A DNA stretch of 32,925 bases from Octopus bimaculoides (taxonomy: Eukaryota), in NCBI RefSeq assembly GCF_001194135.2, contig NC_068992.1, positions 44,345,696 to 44,378,620 on the forward strand, given 5' to 3'. The translations under genes and the position numbers were made by a program. A model generated the notes under the pieces. That model did not search any database and was not told the DNA's origin. It was given only the letters and a program-made list of their open reading frames with translations. This document shows, piece after piece, positions 1 to 11,734 of this stretch. Each line of letters opens with the position of its first letter. Position 1 is the stretch's first letter.

Positions 1-310
1 GATCAGATTCCAGGAAACCCCAAAATGGCTGAAGTTCAAAAGATAGTGCTCATGGGAACTGCCCATATCCTACGTAAAATACTGTCTATGTGATCTCAAA
101 TTTTAAAGCAAACATAATTTTCTTATGGTTTCTTAAACATTCACTTGAACAAAACTGTACAAATCCAAATATATGGTACCCTAGGCATAACACCTACATG
201 AACTTCTAACTTGTTGTCTCTTGAGGTCTCTGGGTGAGACTTGGATCCAACTTGTACAAATGCAAAACAAAAGTCAAACATAAAATAATAATAATAATAA
301 CAACAATAAT
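1..310 (+). mobile_element. 3' end of an R4/Dong-clade (REL endonuclease) non-LTR retrotransposon: ORF C-terminus, 3'UTR and (AAT)n tail
   Basis: Frame 1 reads DQIPGNPKMAEVQKIVLMGTAHILRKILSM* (1-93). This matches the R4/Dong C-terminal motif and the paralogous LQKTALLGTARILRMV near 32700. About 190 nt of UTR follow, then AAT/AAC repeats at ~284-310. Confidence 0.72.
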
Positions 311-311
311 G

Positions 312-630
312 ATTTCTTTATTGGTCACAAGGGCCGAACTTGAAACGAATAGGGACAATGCAACACAAAGAACAGTGGGGTTTGGAACAATGTCGAGTAT
401 ACAATAAATAGCAATAACAATTAACAATACATTTAAACAATAAAAATTCCCCGTACCAAACCAAACACCGAGCAATTTAACTGGCCCTTCCGTCCAGCAC
501 CCTACGACGCTGTCGGTTGGCATGGATCTGCCTCTCCCGCCGGGCCTCGGCAGGTCCACCGACTTGTCCTGATTAATCTTTGCTCCTGTCACCGTTTCGT
601 ACTCACCGAAACCGGTCGCCGCGAGGACAC
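312..630 (-). mobile_element. Very short, internally deleted L1-clade (Tx1-like) LINE copy
   Basis: Minus strand reads VLAATGFG (605-630) fused to EYETVTGAKINQDKSV...GPVKLLGVWFG (455-604), both homologous to the RT of the adjacent larger copy. A T-rich 3'UTR with AATAAA (317-322) and an (ATT)n tail follows. Confidence 0.72.
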
Positions 631-1801
631 AATAATAATAATGTTTTTTTTATGGGCCACAAGGACTGAACAGAAAACAAAAGAGGACAATACAACACAA
701 GGGACAAGGGGGACTTAGCACAAAAATTTAAGTGTAAAATAAATCAAGAACAATTAACAAAAATTCAACAACAAAATTCCCAGATAGCCTAGGACCGATT
801 ATTTGATCTTCGTCGACACCCAGTGTTTCCCCGAGAACGTCGTCGCACTTTCCCTCCACTAGCCCTCTATAGAACGCTAGATTGGAACTACCACCGACCG
901 CATTTCCCGCCTGGCGGAGGACTGTGAGCGCTTGGCGGCACGCGAGGTGCCAAGCGCCCATTCTCGGTCTACGCCTAATCCAAGATTGCAGCTCAGTCAA
1001 AGAAACGAGCTGTGGAAAAGTGTCTTTTACAAACGGTTACCACACCTGCTCACCGTCCAGGAAACGCTGGAGATGCCGCAACCTCAGCGCATGTCTGCGC
1101 ATCAGTAACCACGGCATGCCCAGCCCTCCATTCAGCGGCTGTTGACAGTAGATGGAGTGCCTGGTGGAACGTGCCCTTCCACAGGAAGCGGAAGAGTAAG
1201 CACACCAGCTTGGTCAAGCAGCAAACAGGGCAAGGGACGACAGTCAAGCGGTAATAGATGACGGATGCGATATACGCATTCACCACCTCCGCTCGACATT
1301 TCGGGGACAGCTTCCTTTCGGCCTATTTCTAGGTGAGATTGGCTAATCTACACGTCAACTTGTCCCATCTTTTCTCCACCTGCAAGTCTGAACCAAACCA
1401 TGCTGTTGGACGGCATGGACTTGCATCTCCAGGTACTGAGTTGCAAGCCCACTGACTTTTCCGCGTTAATTTTTGCTCCTGTCACCGCTTCATATTCCTG
1501 TAGTGTTGCGCCAAATAGGTCTATATGCCTGTGGCTCGACACTATGACGGTGACATCATCAGCGTAAGCAGATACACTTCTCCCTAGATCACGTGGGTCA
1601 CCCCTCAAAGCCTCCAACTTCCGCAGTAATGGCTTAAGAGTCAGCACATACAGAAGGGAGGAGAGAAGGCAACCTTGATGGACCGAACGCAAGATGCTGA
1701 ATGGCTCCGACAGGTGACCATTCACCCGAACAACCGAGCAGATGCCGCTGTACAAAGCAGCGATCCAACTGCGGAAGAGTGAACCGAAACCGGCTGCCTT
1801 G
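631..1801 (-). mobile_element. Degenerate L1-clade (Tx1-like) LINE ORF2 fragment (RT and thumb region) with 3'UTR
   Basis: ORF 1348..1755 contains RT motifs (SVHQGCLLSSLLYVL, YADDVTV, GAKINAEKS). Other frames give NAYIASVIYYRL, FRFLWKG and GGLGMP. There are stops, frameshifts and an internal deletion into the 3'UTR, then an (ATT)n tail at 631-642. The 5' side runs into an N gap. Confidence 0.85.
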
Positions 1802-2868
1802 NNNNNNNNNNTCCCCCTTGTTTGAGTCCTTTCTCAGCAGTACCACCGCCCCTCGACAAACAAAAGCAAGAATTCCTCTATGAGATCACAGCGTTCCCTA
1901 GCGGTTGCTATTACCCAGATTAAGAACCATTGTGTTATACTATAAAACGCATTCAGTTTTTCGGATATTACATAAGACCTTCTGCCATATACATTCTGTA
2001 GCAGATATAATTCATTACATAAGGTATCTTGTTATATACAATAAGTGCTGCATACAGTATATTACATTTTATGTAACATCTCATGCTATACACTCTCTGT
2101 AGAAAGTACAGTATGTTGCCTGTTAAATAGCACCTCTTGCTATGTACACCGTGTAGCTCATATACTATATTATATATTACCTAACATCATTCGTTATATA
2201 TACCTTGTAGTACAACATTCATAATAATGCATACATAACTTCCTCTGCGGCACACATCCTGCTATATACATCCTGCTATATACATCCTACAATATTATTA
2301 TTCAGTAGATTAGAGATAATTCTTCATCCTGGATACAGTCCCAGGTAATATTCCTAACACTGAATTGCAGTGAATTTGATCACAAGACCTATAGTCTCGT
2401 AGTCCTCTGCATTCTACACCCTTGTTGATATGTATAGCATCGGCCTTTTCCTTCACTTTATATACACACTAATATCTTACAAGTATATACTTATAGCCGT
2501 CTACTCAACTCATCCCACCACACATTTCACAGCTTCAAAGCAACATATACACACACTTCGTGACCTACACTATTTATATATATCCGCTGCAGTAAACCAG
2601 ATTGTTTATATATAGCAGTGAAAAGGGGAACACTAATGTATCAATTTAACATGTGGTTTAACAATCTAAAAATATACATCCTACTTCTTCCATAACATAT
2701 AACAGAAATATCTACTCACAGCAGAATACAATTCACATGCCCATAGACACCAGTTCAGGACCGATTAGAGTTAGACGTTAACCATGGTGGGTGGGAGATC
2801 ACTGTTTAAAAAAATACTATATTACAGAAAAAATATATAATTCTACAAGTGGTATGAATAGTCGTGTA

Positions 2869-2932
<64 letters not shown>

Positions 2933-3284
2933 NNNNNNNNNNNNNNNNNNNNNNNNNNNNNNNNNNNNNNNNNNNNNNNNNNNNNNNNNNNNNNNNNNNN
3001 NNNNNNNNNNNNNNNNNNNNNNNNNNNNNNNNNNNNNNNNNNNNNNNNNNNNNNNNNNNNNNNNNNNNNNNNNNNNNNNNNNNNNNNNNNNNNNNNNNNN
3101 NNNNNNNNNNNNNNNNNNNNNNNNNNNNNNNNNNNNNNNNNNNNNNNNNNNNNNNNNNNNNNNNNNNNNNNNNNNNNNNNNNNNNNNNNNNNNNNNNNNN
3201 NNNNNNNNNNNNNNNNNNNNNNNNNNNNNNNNNNNNNNNNNNNNNNNNNNNNNNNNNNNNNNNNNNNNNNNNNNNNNNNNNNNN

Positions 3285-3329
<45 letters not shown>

Positions 3330-3331
<2 letters not shown>

Positions 3332-4292
3332 ATACTAAGTGGATCAATTACAGCTTGGCAAATTAAGTTAGAAGCACTGCGTGTTTTCTCCAAATCGTTT
3401 GGTAGAATATCACCTGACGAAATGGAGTGGCTGCATAACAGAATATATTTACGTAATTTTATTTCGTCAGTCAGAGAAAAAAGCGGAGGAATTTTCTTTC
3501 TTGATGCTCCTAGTAGCACAGGTAAAACATTTGTAACAACATTGCTTCTCTCCAAGATAAGGCACAAAAAAGAATTACAGTTGTTGTAGCATTATCTGGC
3601 TTTGCTGCCACTATCCTCCCAGGAGGACGAACAGTTCATTCTGCTTTTATATTACTGTTAAACCTGGTCACAAATGACAGTCCAATTTGTAACATAAGCA
3701 AAAGTTCAGTTTCAGCAGAAGTGTTGCACCAATTCCACCTGATCATTTGGGAAGAATACACCATGTCACATAGAGGTACAATGGATGCTCTTGATAAGAC
3801 CTTACAGAACATAAGAGACGACAATAAATCTATGGGAGGAGTTACATTAGTTTTATCAGGAGACTTCAAGCAGACGTTACCAGTCATTCCGTGACGAAGA
3901 AGATCTAATGGAATAAAAGCATGCATTAAGTCTTCACACCTATGCGATAAAGTACAGGAATTCTCCTTCAAAACTAGCATGTGAGCTTTATTACATGGGG
4001 AGGGATGAACAAAACAGTTTTCAACCTGGCTGCGCCAATTAGGAAATTTGATGAGAATGGTGATATCAATTTGGCTCATGGTGAATTCCCCAGCTGAATT
4101 GAAGAACAGGATATTTCCAGACTTACATAATTATGATTCACATAAATGTTTGTGTGAAAGGACAATTCTTGCTCAACAAAAAATGAGACAGTAGCAAGGA
4201 TTAACCAAATTTCTGTACCACATATTCTATTTTTTTCTTACAATATATAAAGAAAAATTTCATTTCCGGGCAATGCCGCGTGCCTCTGCTAG
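3330..4292 (+). mobile_element. Helitron remnant: PIF1-family helicase fragment plus 3' terminus (hairpin and CTAG)
   Basis: Motifs GGIFFLDAPSSTGKTF (Walker A), LPGGRTVHSAF, IIWEEYTM, GGVTLVLSGDFKQTLPVIP and LCERTILA, with stops and frameshifts. The element ends CCGGGCAATGCCGCG...CTAG at 4289-4292, followed by T. Confidence 0.85.
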
Positions 4293-4410
4293 TCCCAACC
4301 GCATGGTTCTGAGTTCAGTTCCACTGCATGGAACCTTGGGCAAGTGTATTCTACTAAAACGTCGGGCTTGTGAGTGAATTTCGTAGACAAAAGCCCGTCG
4401 TATATGTGTG
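4293..4410 (+). mobile_element. tRNA-derived SINE, 5'-truncated
   Basis: B-box-like GAGTTCAGTTCC at 4311-4322, then GGAACCTTGGGCAAGTG...GCTTGTGAGTG...AAGCCCGTCG. The missing head (GCTGTGTGGTAAGAAGCTTGCTTCCCA) is seen on the minus strand at ~17460-17500. Family recognised as an octopod-type SINE without a search. Confidence 0.65.
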
Positions 4411-4922
4411 TGAAAGAGAGAGAGAGANNNNNNNNNNNNNNNNNNNNNNNNNNNNNNNNNNNNNNNNNNNNNNNNNNNNNNNNNNNNNNNNNNNNNNNNN
4501 NNNNNNNNNNNNNNNNNNNNNNNNNNNNNNNNNNNNNNNNNNNNNNNNNNNNNNNNNNNNNNNNNNNNNNNNNNNNNNNNNNNNNNNNNNNNNNNNNNNN
4601 NNNNNNNNNNNNNNNNNNNNNNNNNNNNNNNNNNNNNNNNNNNNNNNNNNNNNNNNNNNNNNNNNNNNNNNNNNNNNNNNNNNNNNNNNNNNNNNNNNNN
4701 NNNNNNNNNNNNNNNNNNNNNNNNNNNNNNNNNNNNNNNNNNNNNNNNNNNNNNNNNNNNNNNNNNNNNNNNNNNNNNNNNNNNNNNNNNNNNNNNNNNN
4801 NNNNNNNNNNNNNNNNNNNNNNNNNNNNNNNNNNNNNNNNNNNNNNNNNNNNNNNNNNNNNNNNNNNNNNNNNNNNNNNNNNNNNNNNNNNNNNNNNNNN
4901 NNNNNNNNNNNNNNNNNNNNNN

Positions 4923-4983
<61 letters not shown>

Positions 4984-5234
4984 AAGAAAGAGCTATACGG
5001 TACCGTTCACATATTTCCACTGTTGTCTGTGTTCTGTGTTGTCTTATTTTAGTCTTAACTATTTTTGTCTGTTTGTCCATGGAGGTGGTAGCATGATGGT
5101 GGTGATGGTGACGGTAAAGGGATGGTTAATGCGGTGCTGGTGCTAGTACAGCGAAAAGTGGTAAATGGAGGTGTGGTGATGGTGACGTGAGTGTTGTGTG
5201 GCGATTGTGATAGTGGCGACAGTAATACTGTCAT

Positions 5235-5282
<48 letters not shown>

Positions 5283-5283
5283 A
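5235..5283. repeat. (TAG)n microsatellite
   Basis: Directly visible perfect trinucleotide run. Confidence 0.95.
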
Positions 5284-5398
5284 TAGCAGTGACAGAAATG
5301 TTATTGATATTGTTTTTGTCGTTAAGTTTATATTTGTCAGTTATCACTGAAGACTGACAGCCACAAATACAGCCACATCTTGTACACATTCACTCGCA

Positions 5399-5477
<79 letters not shown>

Positions 5478-6959
5478 ACACACATGAAGCATACGAAACA
5501 TGGGTTTCTATATTTATCCGATGAACGTATATATATGTATATACCTTGAGCATATATGTGTGTATCTATCTATCTATCTATCTGTCTATCTATCTATCTA
5601 TCTGCACACATAGACACAAATGTGAGCACATACCTGCAAAACACGCTGGAGAAAACAATAATCGGATCTTTTTTAAAACGGGGGCCACATTTTTCATTAA
5701 TGTTTTACGTAGTGTTTTTGGTACCGAAAGACTTCCAAACTTCGTATACTTATCTATTTTGTGTTATAGAACAGAAAAATATTTTTGTATTCGAATTTAT
5801 TTCATGTAAAAAATTGTCTTATTTCGATAATTTCAACCAATCACTGGCAAGTATTTAGTTGTTTACATTTACTCCTTGGCTGATTAAGCGATGTAAAGCG
5901 TATTTAATCTCCATGCCTTCGTTTTATTTGCTTTTTTTATTTTAAATTTGCTTTAGCCCTAANNNNNNNNNNNNNNNNNNNNNNNNNNNNNNNNNNNNNN
6001 NNNNNNNNNNNNNNNNNNNNNNNNNNNNNNNNNNNNNNNNNNNNNNNNNNNNNNNNNNNNNNNNNNNNNNNNNNNNNNNNNNNNNNNNNNNNNNNNNNNN
6101 NNNNNNNNNNNNNNNNNNNNNNNNNNNNNNNNNNNNNNNNNNNNNNNNNNNNNNNNNNNNNNNNNNNNNNNNNNNNNNNNNNNNNNNNNNNNNNNNNNNN
6201 NNNNNNNNNNNNNNNNNNNNNNNNNNNNNNNNNNNNNNNNNNNNNNNNNNNNNNNNNNNNNNNNNNNNNNNNNNNNNNNNNNNNNNNNNNNNNNNNNNNN
6301 NNNNNNNNNNNNNNNNNNNNNNNNNNNNNNNNNNNNNNNNNNNNNNNNNNNNNNNNNNNNNNNNNNNNNNNNNNNNNNNNNNNNNNNNNNNNNNNNNNNN
6401 NNNNNNNNNNNNNNNNNNNNNNNNNNNNNNNNNNNNNNNNNNNNNNNNNNNNNNNNNNNNNNNNNNNNNNNNNNNNNNNNNNNNNNNNNNNNNNNNNNNN
6501 NNNNNNNNNNNNNNNNNNNNNNNNNNNNNNNNNNNNNNNNNNNNNNNNNNNNNNNNNNNNNNNNNNNNNNNNNNNNNNNNNNNNNNNNNNNNNNNNNNNN
6601 NNNNNNNNNNNNNNNNNNNNNNNNNNNNNNNNNNNNNNNNNNNNNNNNNNNNNNNNNNNNNNNNNNNNNNNNNNNNNNNNNNNNNTTTTTGTAAATTAGA
6701 TTTAAAATGACTTTTGGGAGAGTCACGTGAAACTTCGAAGTTTCGAATAATCTGCTTGTGAAAATGAGGGTAGGGCCGAGAAAACTGCAGTCAAGATATA
6801 TAACATACTCTTGCATACATATAGACACGAATATGGAACCACACACACACACAGGACATATATATATGTCCTGTGACACATATATATATATCACAGGACA
6901 CTCAGTGGTACATAAGCATATACTTGTACATACGATCATATATATTAGTTTCAAATTCT

Positions 6960-7060
6960 GGTACAAGGCCAGCTATCACAGAAGATGGGCTAAGTCGATT
7001 ACATCGACCCCAGTAATCAACTGGTTCTTATTTTATCGACCCCGAAAGGATGAAAAGAAG
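6960..7060 (-). mobile_element. tRNA-derived SINE 3' half
   Basis: GTCGATTACATCGACCCCAG...TTTTATCGACCCCGAAAGGATGAAA is the reverse complement of the SINE body seen at 19500-19570. Confidence 0.7.
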
Positions 7061-7127
7061 ATAAACAATTGGATGGATGCGATAAACATCTCCATCTTTG
7101 AACTTCTCTGCATTGAGATCTTCTCGA

Positions 7128-7246
7128 CCCTGATGACGGAGGCTCGTCTCATCCAATATTAATTGCATCGATACGGCTGCAAATCGTGATGAAATACATC
7201 TACCAATATTATTATGGATCACTGAGCCTCCAGAAACAGTTTTGGG
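7128..7246 (+). ncRNA. Hammerhead-ribozyme-like motif (type I) with enlarged stem/loop II, probably a degenerate PLE terminal repeat
   Basis: CCC-CTGATGA(7130-7136)-C-GGAGGCTC(7138-7145)...78 nt...GAGCCTCC(7224-7231)-A-GAAAC-A-GTT-TT-GGG. It has both core halves, an 8-bp stem II and a 3-bp stem I; the stem III and cleavage site are degenerate. Confidence 0.5.
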
Positions 7247-7919
7247 ACTTATAACACCTTTCTTCCACCCTTTTAATTTTCTATGTCGTTTCTACTCTGT
7301 GTAAGTTGGACCTATTAATATAAATGTCGATATATTTATACTTAAAATTCATCATCTGAAAGTTTCCACCATTTGCTTTCTCAGTTTTGCATATATACAT
7401 ATGCACATATTTTGCACTTCATACCCAGACTATTATATTTAATATATTTAATGCATCTTATTGTTTATCCGCATAATTGCCTCTCTATCCGCTCAACTTG
7501 ATCCCTCCTTTAACCATTCTTTACCTTGTGGAACCGATGCCCTATAAAGACATCTGAGTCTAAGTTTCAATCTTTTGAGCACTACTAAAAGCCGTCTATA
7601 CGGAGAATCTCTGGATCTCATCTGTGGACTAATATATATATATATATATATATANNNNNNNNNNNNNNNNNNNNNNNNNNNNNNNNNNNNNNNNNNNNNN
7701 NNNNNNNNNNNNNNNNNNNNNNNNNNNNNNNNNNNNNNNNNNNNNNNNNNNNNNNNNNNNNNNNNNNNNNNNTATATATATATATATATTAGCATATCCA
7801 TTTGTACAAATATTACGTACACACTCATATATACAATCATGCTACAATAGGACTTACATTGGCATACATACATACATACATACATACATACATACATACA
7901 CGATGATGGCTGTCCACTT

Positions 7920-8860
7920 GTGACCAGAAAAACCATTAATGACCAAGCAGTGGTCTGCCCAACATTTTCAGAGTCCCTGAAAGGACTTGTCATTACAATT
8001 GTCACAGATATCACGCTTGCGGTTGATAACATAACCCTGCAAGTGCATCCATAGACATCGGGTGTATCCATATTGTAGTGTAATCACCTTTGTATATAAA
8101 TTTAGTGCTAGCAATGTAAAGACCATATTCATCGCAAAGGTCTAGGAGCATGAGACCATTGGTATTCATCTTCCCGACACTGCAACACCCAAGAGACTTC
8201 CATACTTACCAATCTGTTCCAACCCAGGCATTGAAGTCCCCTAGCAGAATGAATTTGTATGCTTTGGGAATTTTCCTGAGTACAGCTCTCAGCTAGGCAT
8301 AGAAAGTTGTTTTATCTTTATGAGAATGAGTCAGAGAAAGAGCAGCGTCACTAATCAGAGTAGCAAATCGCCCATCTCCCAAATGCAGGAACACAGTCAT
8401 CAAACGGTCGTTTATAGAGATTGGAAGCACCTCCAACTTCTTGAGGATTTCAGATAGAACTGCAAAACCAACGCCAGCCTCTCTATACTCCTTTTTTCCC
8501 CCCCTTCCAGAAAAATATGTAGCCACCCCCAACCTCCTCAAGCTGACCATCACCTTCCAAACGAATCTCTGAAAGAGCAGCTGATTTATGTTATATCTGT
8601 TTATTCGCGAGCAACAAGTGCAGTGCGTCTCTCAGGCCTAGATTCACTCTTCTTATCTAATAAAGAACGCACATTACAACATGAAATATTTGTCTTCCAG
8701 CCAGATTTTAAAAATATTTTCTCTATTTTCCGCGCGCAAGGTGGACATCCACCAGTCGCATTAAACTGATTGGACAGAAAAAAAGACAGGCAACTTTTAG
8801 TCCACTTTTTCTAGAGCCACCCCGGTCGCCGGGTGCGAAGTACCCTCTTCAAACGCAGCA
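7920..8860 (-). mobile_element. RTE-clade (BovB-like) LINE: 5'UTR and AP-endonuclease domain, pseudogenised
   Basis: Minus strand reads CNVRSLLD, RPERRTALVARE, AALSEIRLEGDGQLEEVGGGYIFFWKG, EAGVGFA, ILLGDFNA, NGLMLLDLC, IWIHP, LCYQ/DYV region and ADHCLV. It contains multiple stops and frameshifts. Confidence 0.85.
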
Positions 8861-9030
8861 ATGCATACATCCATACATACATACATACATACATATACAG
8901 ACACGCACGCATATACATACACACTCACATACATGTAGGTATATTTGCATACATAGAATGCTTTACACTGCTTTCCTATGATACAGAAGGGTAAAATCTC
9001 ATCTAAGCATGCGTGGTTGTCCGTGAGTAG

Positions 9031-9073
9031 ACACCATTGACGAGGTCCAGCGAGGCCGAAATGAATGTGGCGT
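9031..9073 (+). ncRNA. Minimal hammerhead-like motif, degenerate (probable PLE terminal repeat spanning ~9000-9215)
   Basis: ACACCA-TTGACGA-GGTC-CAGCGA-GGCC-GAAA-TGAATG-TGGCGT. The core has C3>T, stem II is present and stem I is ACACCA/TGGCGT; the cleavage triplet is missing. Confidence 0.4.
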
Positions 9074-9262
9074 TCTCGCTAACCGGTGGTAGAAAGATTT
9101 TCATTTCTCTCCAGTATATACTGTGTTTTTAAACAGAACTTGTCCATAGGAGATGTTACCTCCGGACGAAATTTGCCTTTCAACGATATAATTACATTAA
9201 GTACGATGCATAGCCATGTTTGTTTAATACATACATGCATACATACATATATGCATACATAT

Positions 9263-9304
<42 letters not shown>

Positions 9305-10232
9305 AAAGTAGAAAGCATAGACCTGCTCAAGGGTGACAGTCAGCATTGGTTACTCTTAGTAACCAATGCTCAGCTCCATATCAAAGTAAAGATACCAAGT
9401 TGAGGGAGAGTCCACCAGTCTGGAATAAACTATGGTCTTGCAACAAGTGTTGTGATGCATTGAGTTATCTATTCATCTTTGTTCACTATATATAAACACA
9501 CACGCGCGCGCATGCCTGTACATATTTGTGCATGCATATGCATATACACAGTAGCTTACATTGTAGTTATGGGACACTCATATATAATTTCATATATGCA
9601 AGTATGTATACAAAGAAACATGCAAATATAAACCTGAACACATTCATCTATGCTGATATATTCAATTTCAAAATCAAATGAAAAAAAAAATAGTTGTTAA
9701 ATTTTTTTTTTATGCGAAAGAAATAAAGAAAATTAATTTTTAAAATGTGTTTTTTGTTTTTAAATGTGCAGAAAAGGCTTAAATAGATGGATCACTAACG
9801 TATATATATCATTGCCAATCGAACAGACAAATACTGCTCATGTATACACGTACATATATACGCACATGCTTGTACGGATATATATACATGTACATTGCAC
9901 AATTAGAAGAGAAAATGCTGAACCATAACTGTGTGTGTGCATATGTTCATGTGCATGCCTGTGTATGTATATATGTATTTTTGTGTGTGTTCTTGCGTGT
10001 AATTGTGTATGTGTACGTGTGTATGTGTATGCCTCTCTATATGCGCATATGTGTGTATATATGCATGTATGTGTATATTTGTGTATGCATATGTAGATGT
10101 GGATGTGTGTATGTATGAGTGATGCCTTAGTTCTATATATATTTTTCCCAATTCCATTGCAGTGAAGACCTATAAATATGTTTTATTATGTTATGTTATT
10201 ATATTACATACACAGACGCGTACACACGCGCA

Positions 10233-10279
<47 letters not shown>

Positions 10280-10485
10280 CACACACACATACACACACAC
10301 ACAAGTGAAAGTAGAAGCAAGCATAACAGCGTTGAACTATATTCCAAGCCGACAGCTGTTGCTTAGTAAATACCATTTTAGTGCCAAGAGGTCTCCAGCC
10401 TGGACACACGCCCTCACGTACACTTGCACACAAACACGCCCCCCACACACACACACAATCTCGTGTGCACCCTCACACACATACA

Positions 10486-10564
<79 letters not shown>

Positions 10565-11236
10565 TCCTTCCTCTCGTTTTCTCTTTCTTTGTACTAATAT
10601 CATTTCCAAAATATTTTCCAATTCTCGAAAAACTCCAAATAGGAAATTCGAGGATCAAGAAAACTTAATTTTTGATGGAGAAGGATGACAGCCACTAATT
10701 CATAAGTCAAACTGCCATTCTTGTTATTTTCTACATTGATTAATTTATCGATTGATTGATTAAATGACTCAAATTAATGAATCTGCTTATTAGTTTACTA
10801 ATAATCATCGCCTTATTGTAACCTCATTCAATCTCCACCTTATCATTCAAACTTGTTCCGAACTAATCATGATTTGATCACTAAAAAGACAGATCAATTA
10901 AATCAATCCCCGCTCCTGATTGATATTTTTTTTATTGAACTAGAGAAAGGAAAAATAAAATAAAGACAATGAGGGTGGTGGTGGAGGTGGCGGCGGCGGC
11001 GTTATTTGTACTTTAGTCCGTAAATAGACCTTTTGTTCGGCATTCTGTTATCCGCCATCTATCATTTATTGTAAATATTTCTTACTTTCTAAAAGTCAGC
11101 CATGTTGGATATATTAAGGGGAAACGTCTAGTTAGTGAGATCGATTTCCAACTGGTTCCCAGCTATCGAACAATACATCACCGTTCACATTTTTCTTGAG
11201 AAGTGAGCAGCAAATATCTTCTTTCTATCTTTCGTG

Positions 11237-11734
11237 CATTATAATTCATCCGTACCCGTCAGAGCTAAGATAGCTTACGTTAGAAGTTAAATACTCTGAA
11301 TACACAATAAATGCAGTGAGACAGGAAACAAAATGACCAACACCATGCAATTTAGAAAAGTATGTAGGAATAATGACAACCTAAACTCTTTCACTAAATG
11401 CCAGGACATCACCACCAGACCACCGAACAAAAACTTATACATCCAGAGATAACGTGTGTTTTTTTAAACTGCCACATTTTAATGAAGAATAACTGCTACA
11501 ATCTGCCTAACGACATGTGGGAAGGAGTTGAATATACAACTGGTACATTCTGGATCCTCTCTGAGGAAGGTCTGAACTAAAAACGGGCTAACACTAAGCA
11601 ATGCCGTATCTACACTGCTTAACATCCCGATCAAAAACGAAAATATACACCCGCGATCCTACGTGGTGCATAAAGTCACATGTACGAAATGTAATGAATC
11701 TTACACTGGAAGTGCCATCAGACAAATGCGTATA
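11237..11734 (+). mobile_element. Penelope-like element fragment (RT C-terminus and start of GIY-YIG endonuclease)
   Basis: HYNSSVPVRAKIAYVRS*IL*IHNKCS at 11237 and YVVHKVTCTKCNESYTGSAIRQMR at 11660-11731 resemble the PLE VVYxIxCxxCxxxYIGxTxR motif. The fragment ends at a TA next to a mariner terminus. Confidence 0.55.

Noticed and set aside
595-612. GGTGAGT at the mini-LINE junction, suggesting the deletion arose by splicing
   Set aside because: Comparison with the larger copy leaves an extra GT relative to a clean GT-AG splice product.
6729-6744. 16-bp palindrome GAAACTTCGAAGTTTC next to an E-box
   Set aside because: An 8-bp arm is expected roughly once by chance in a window of this size.
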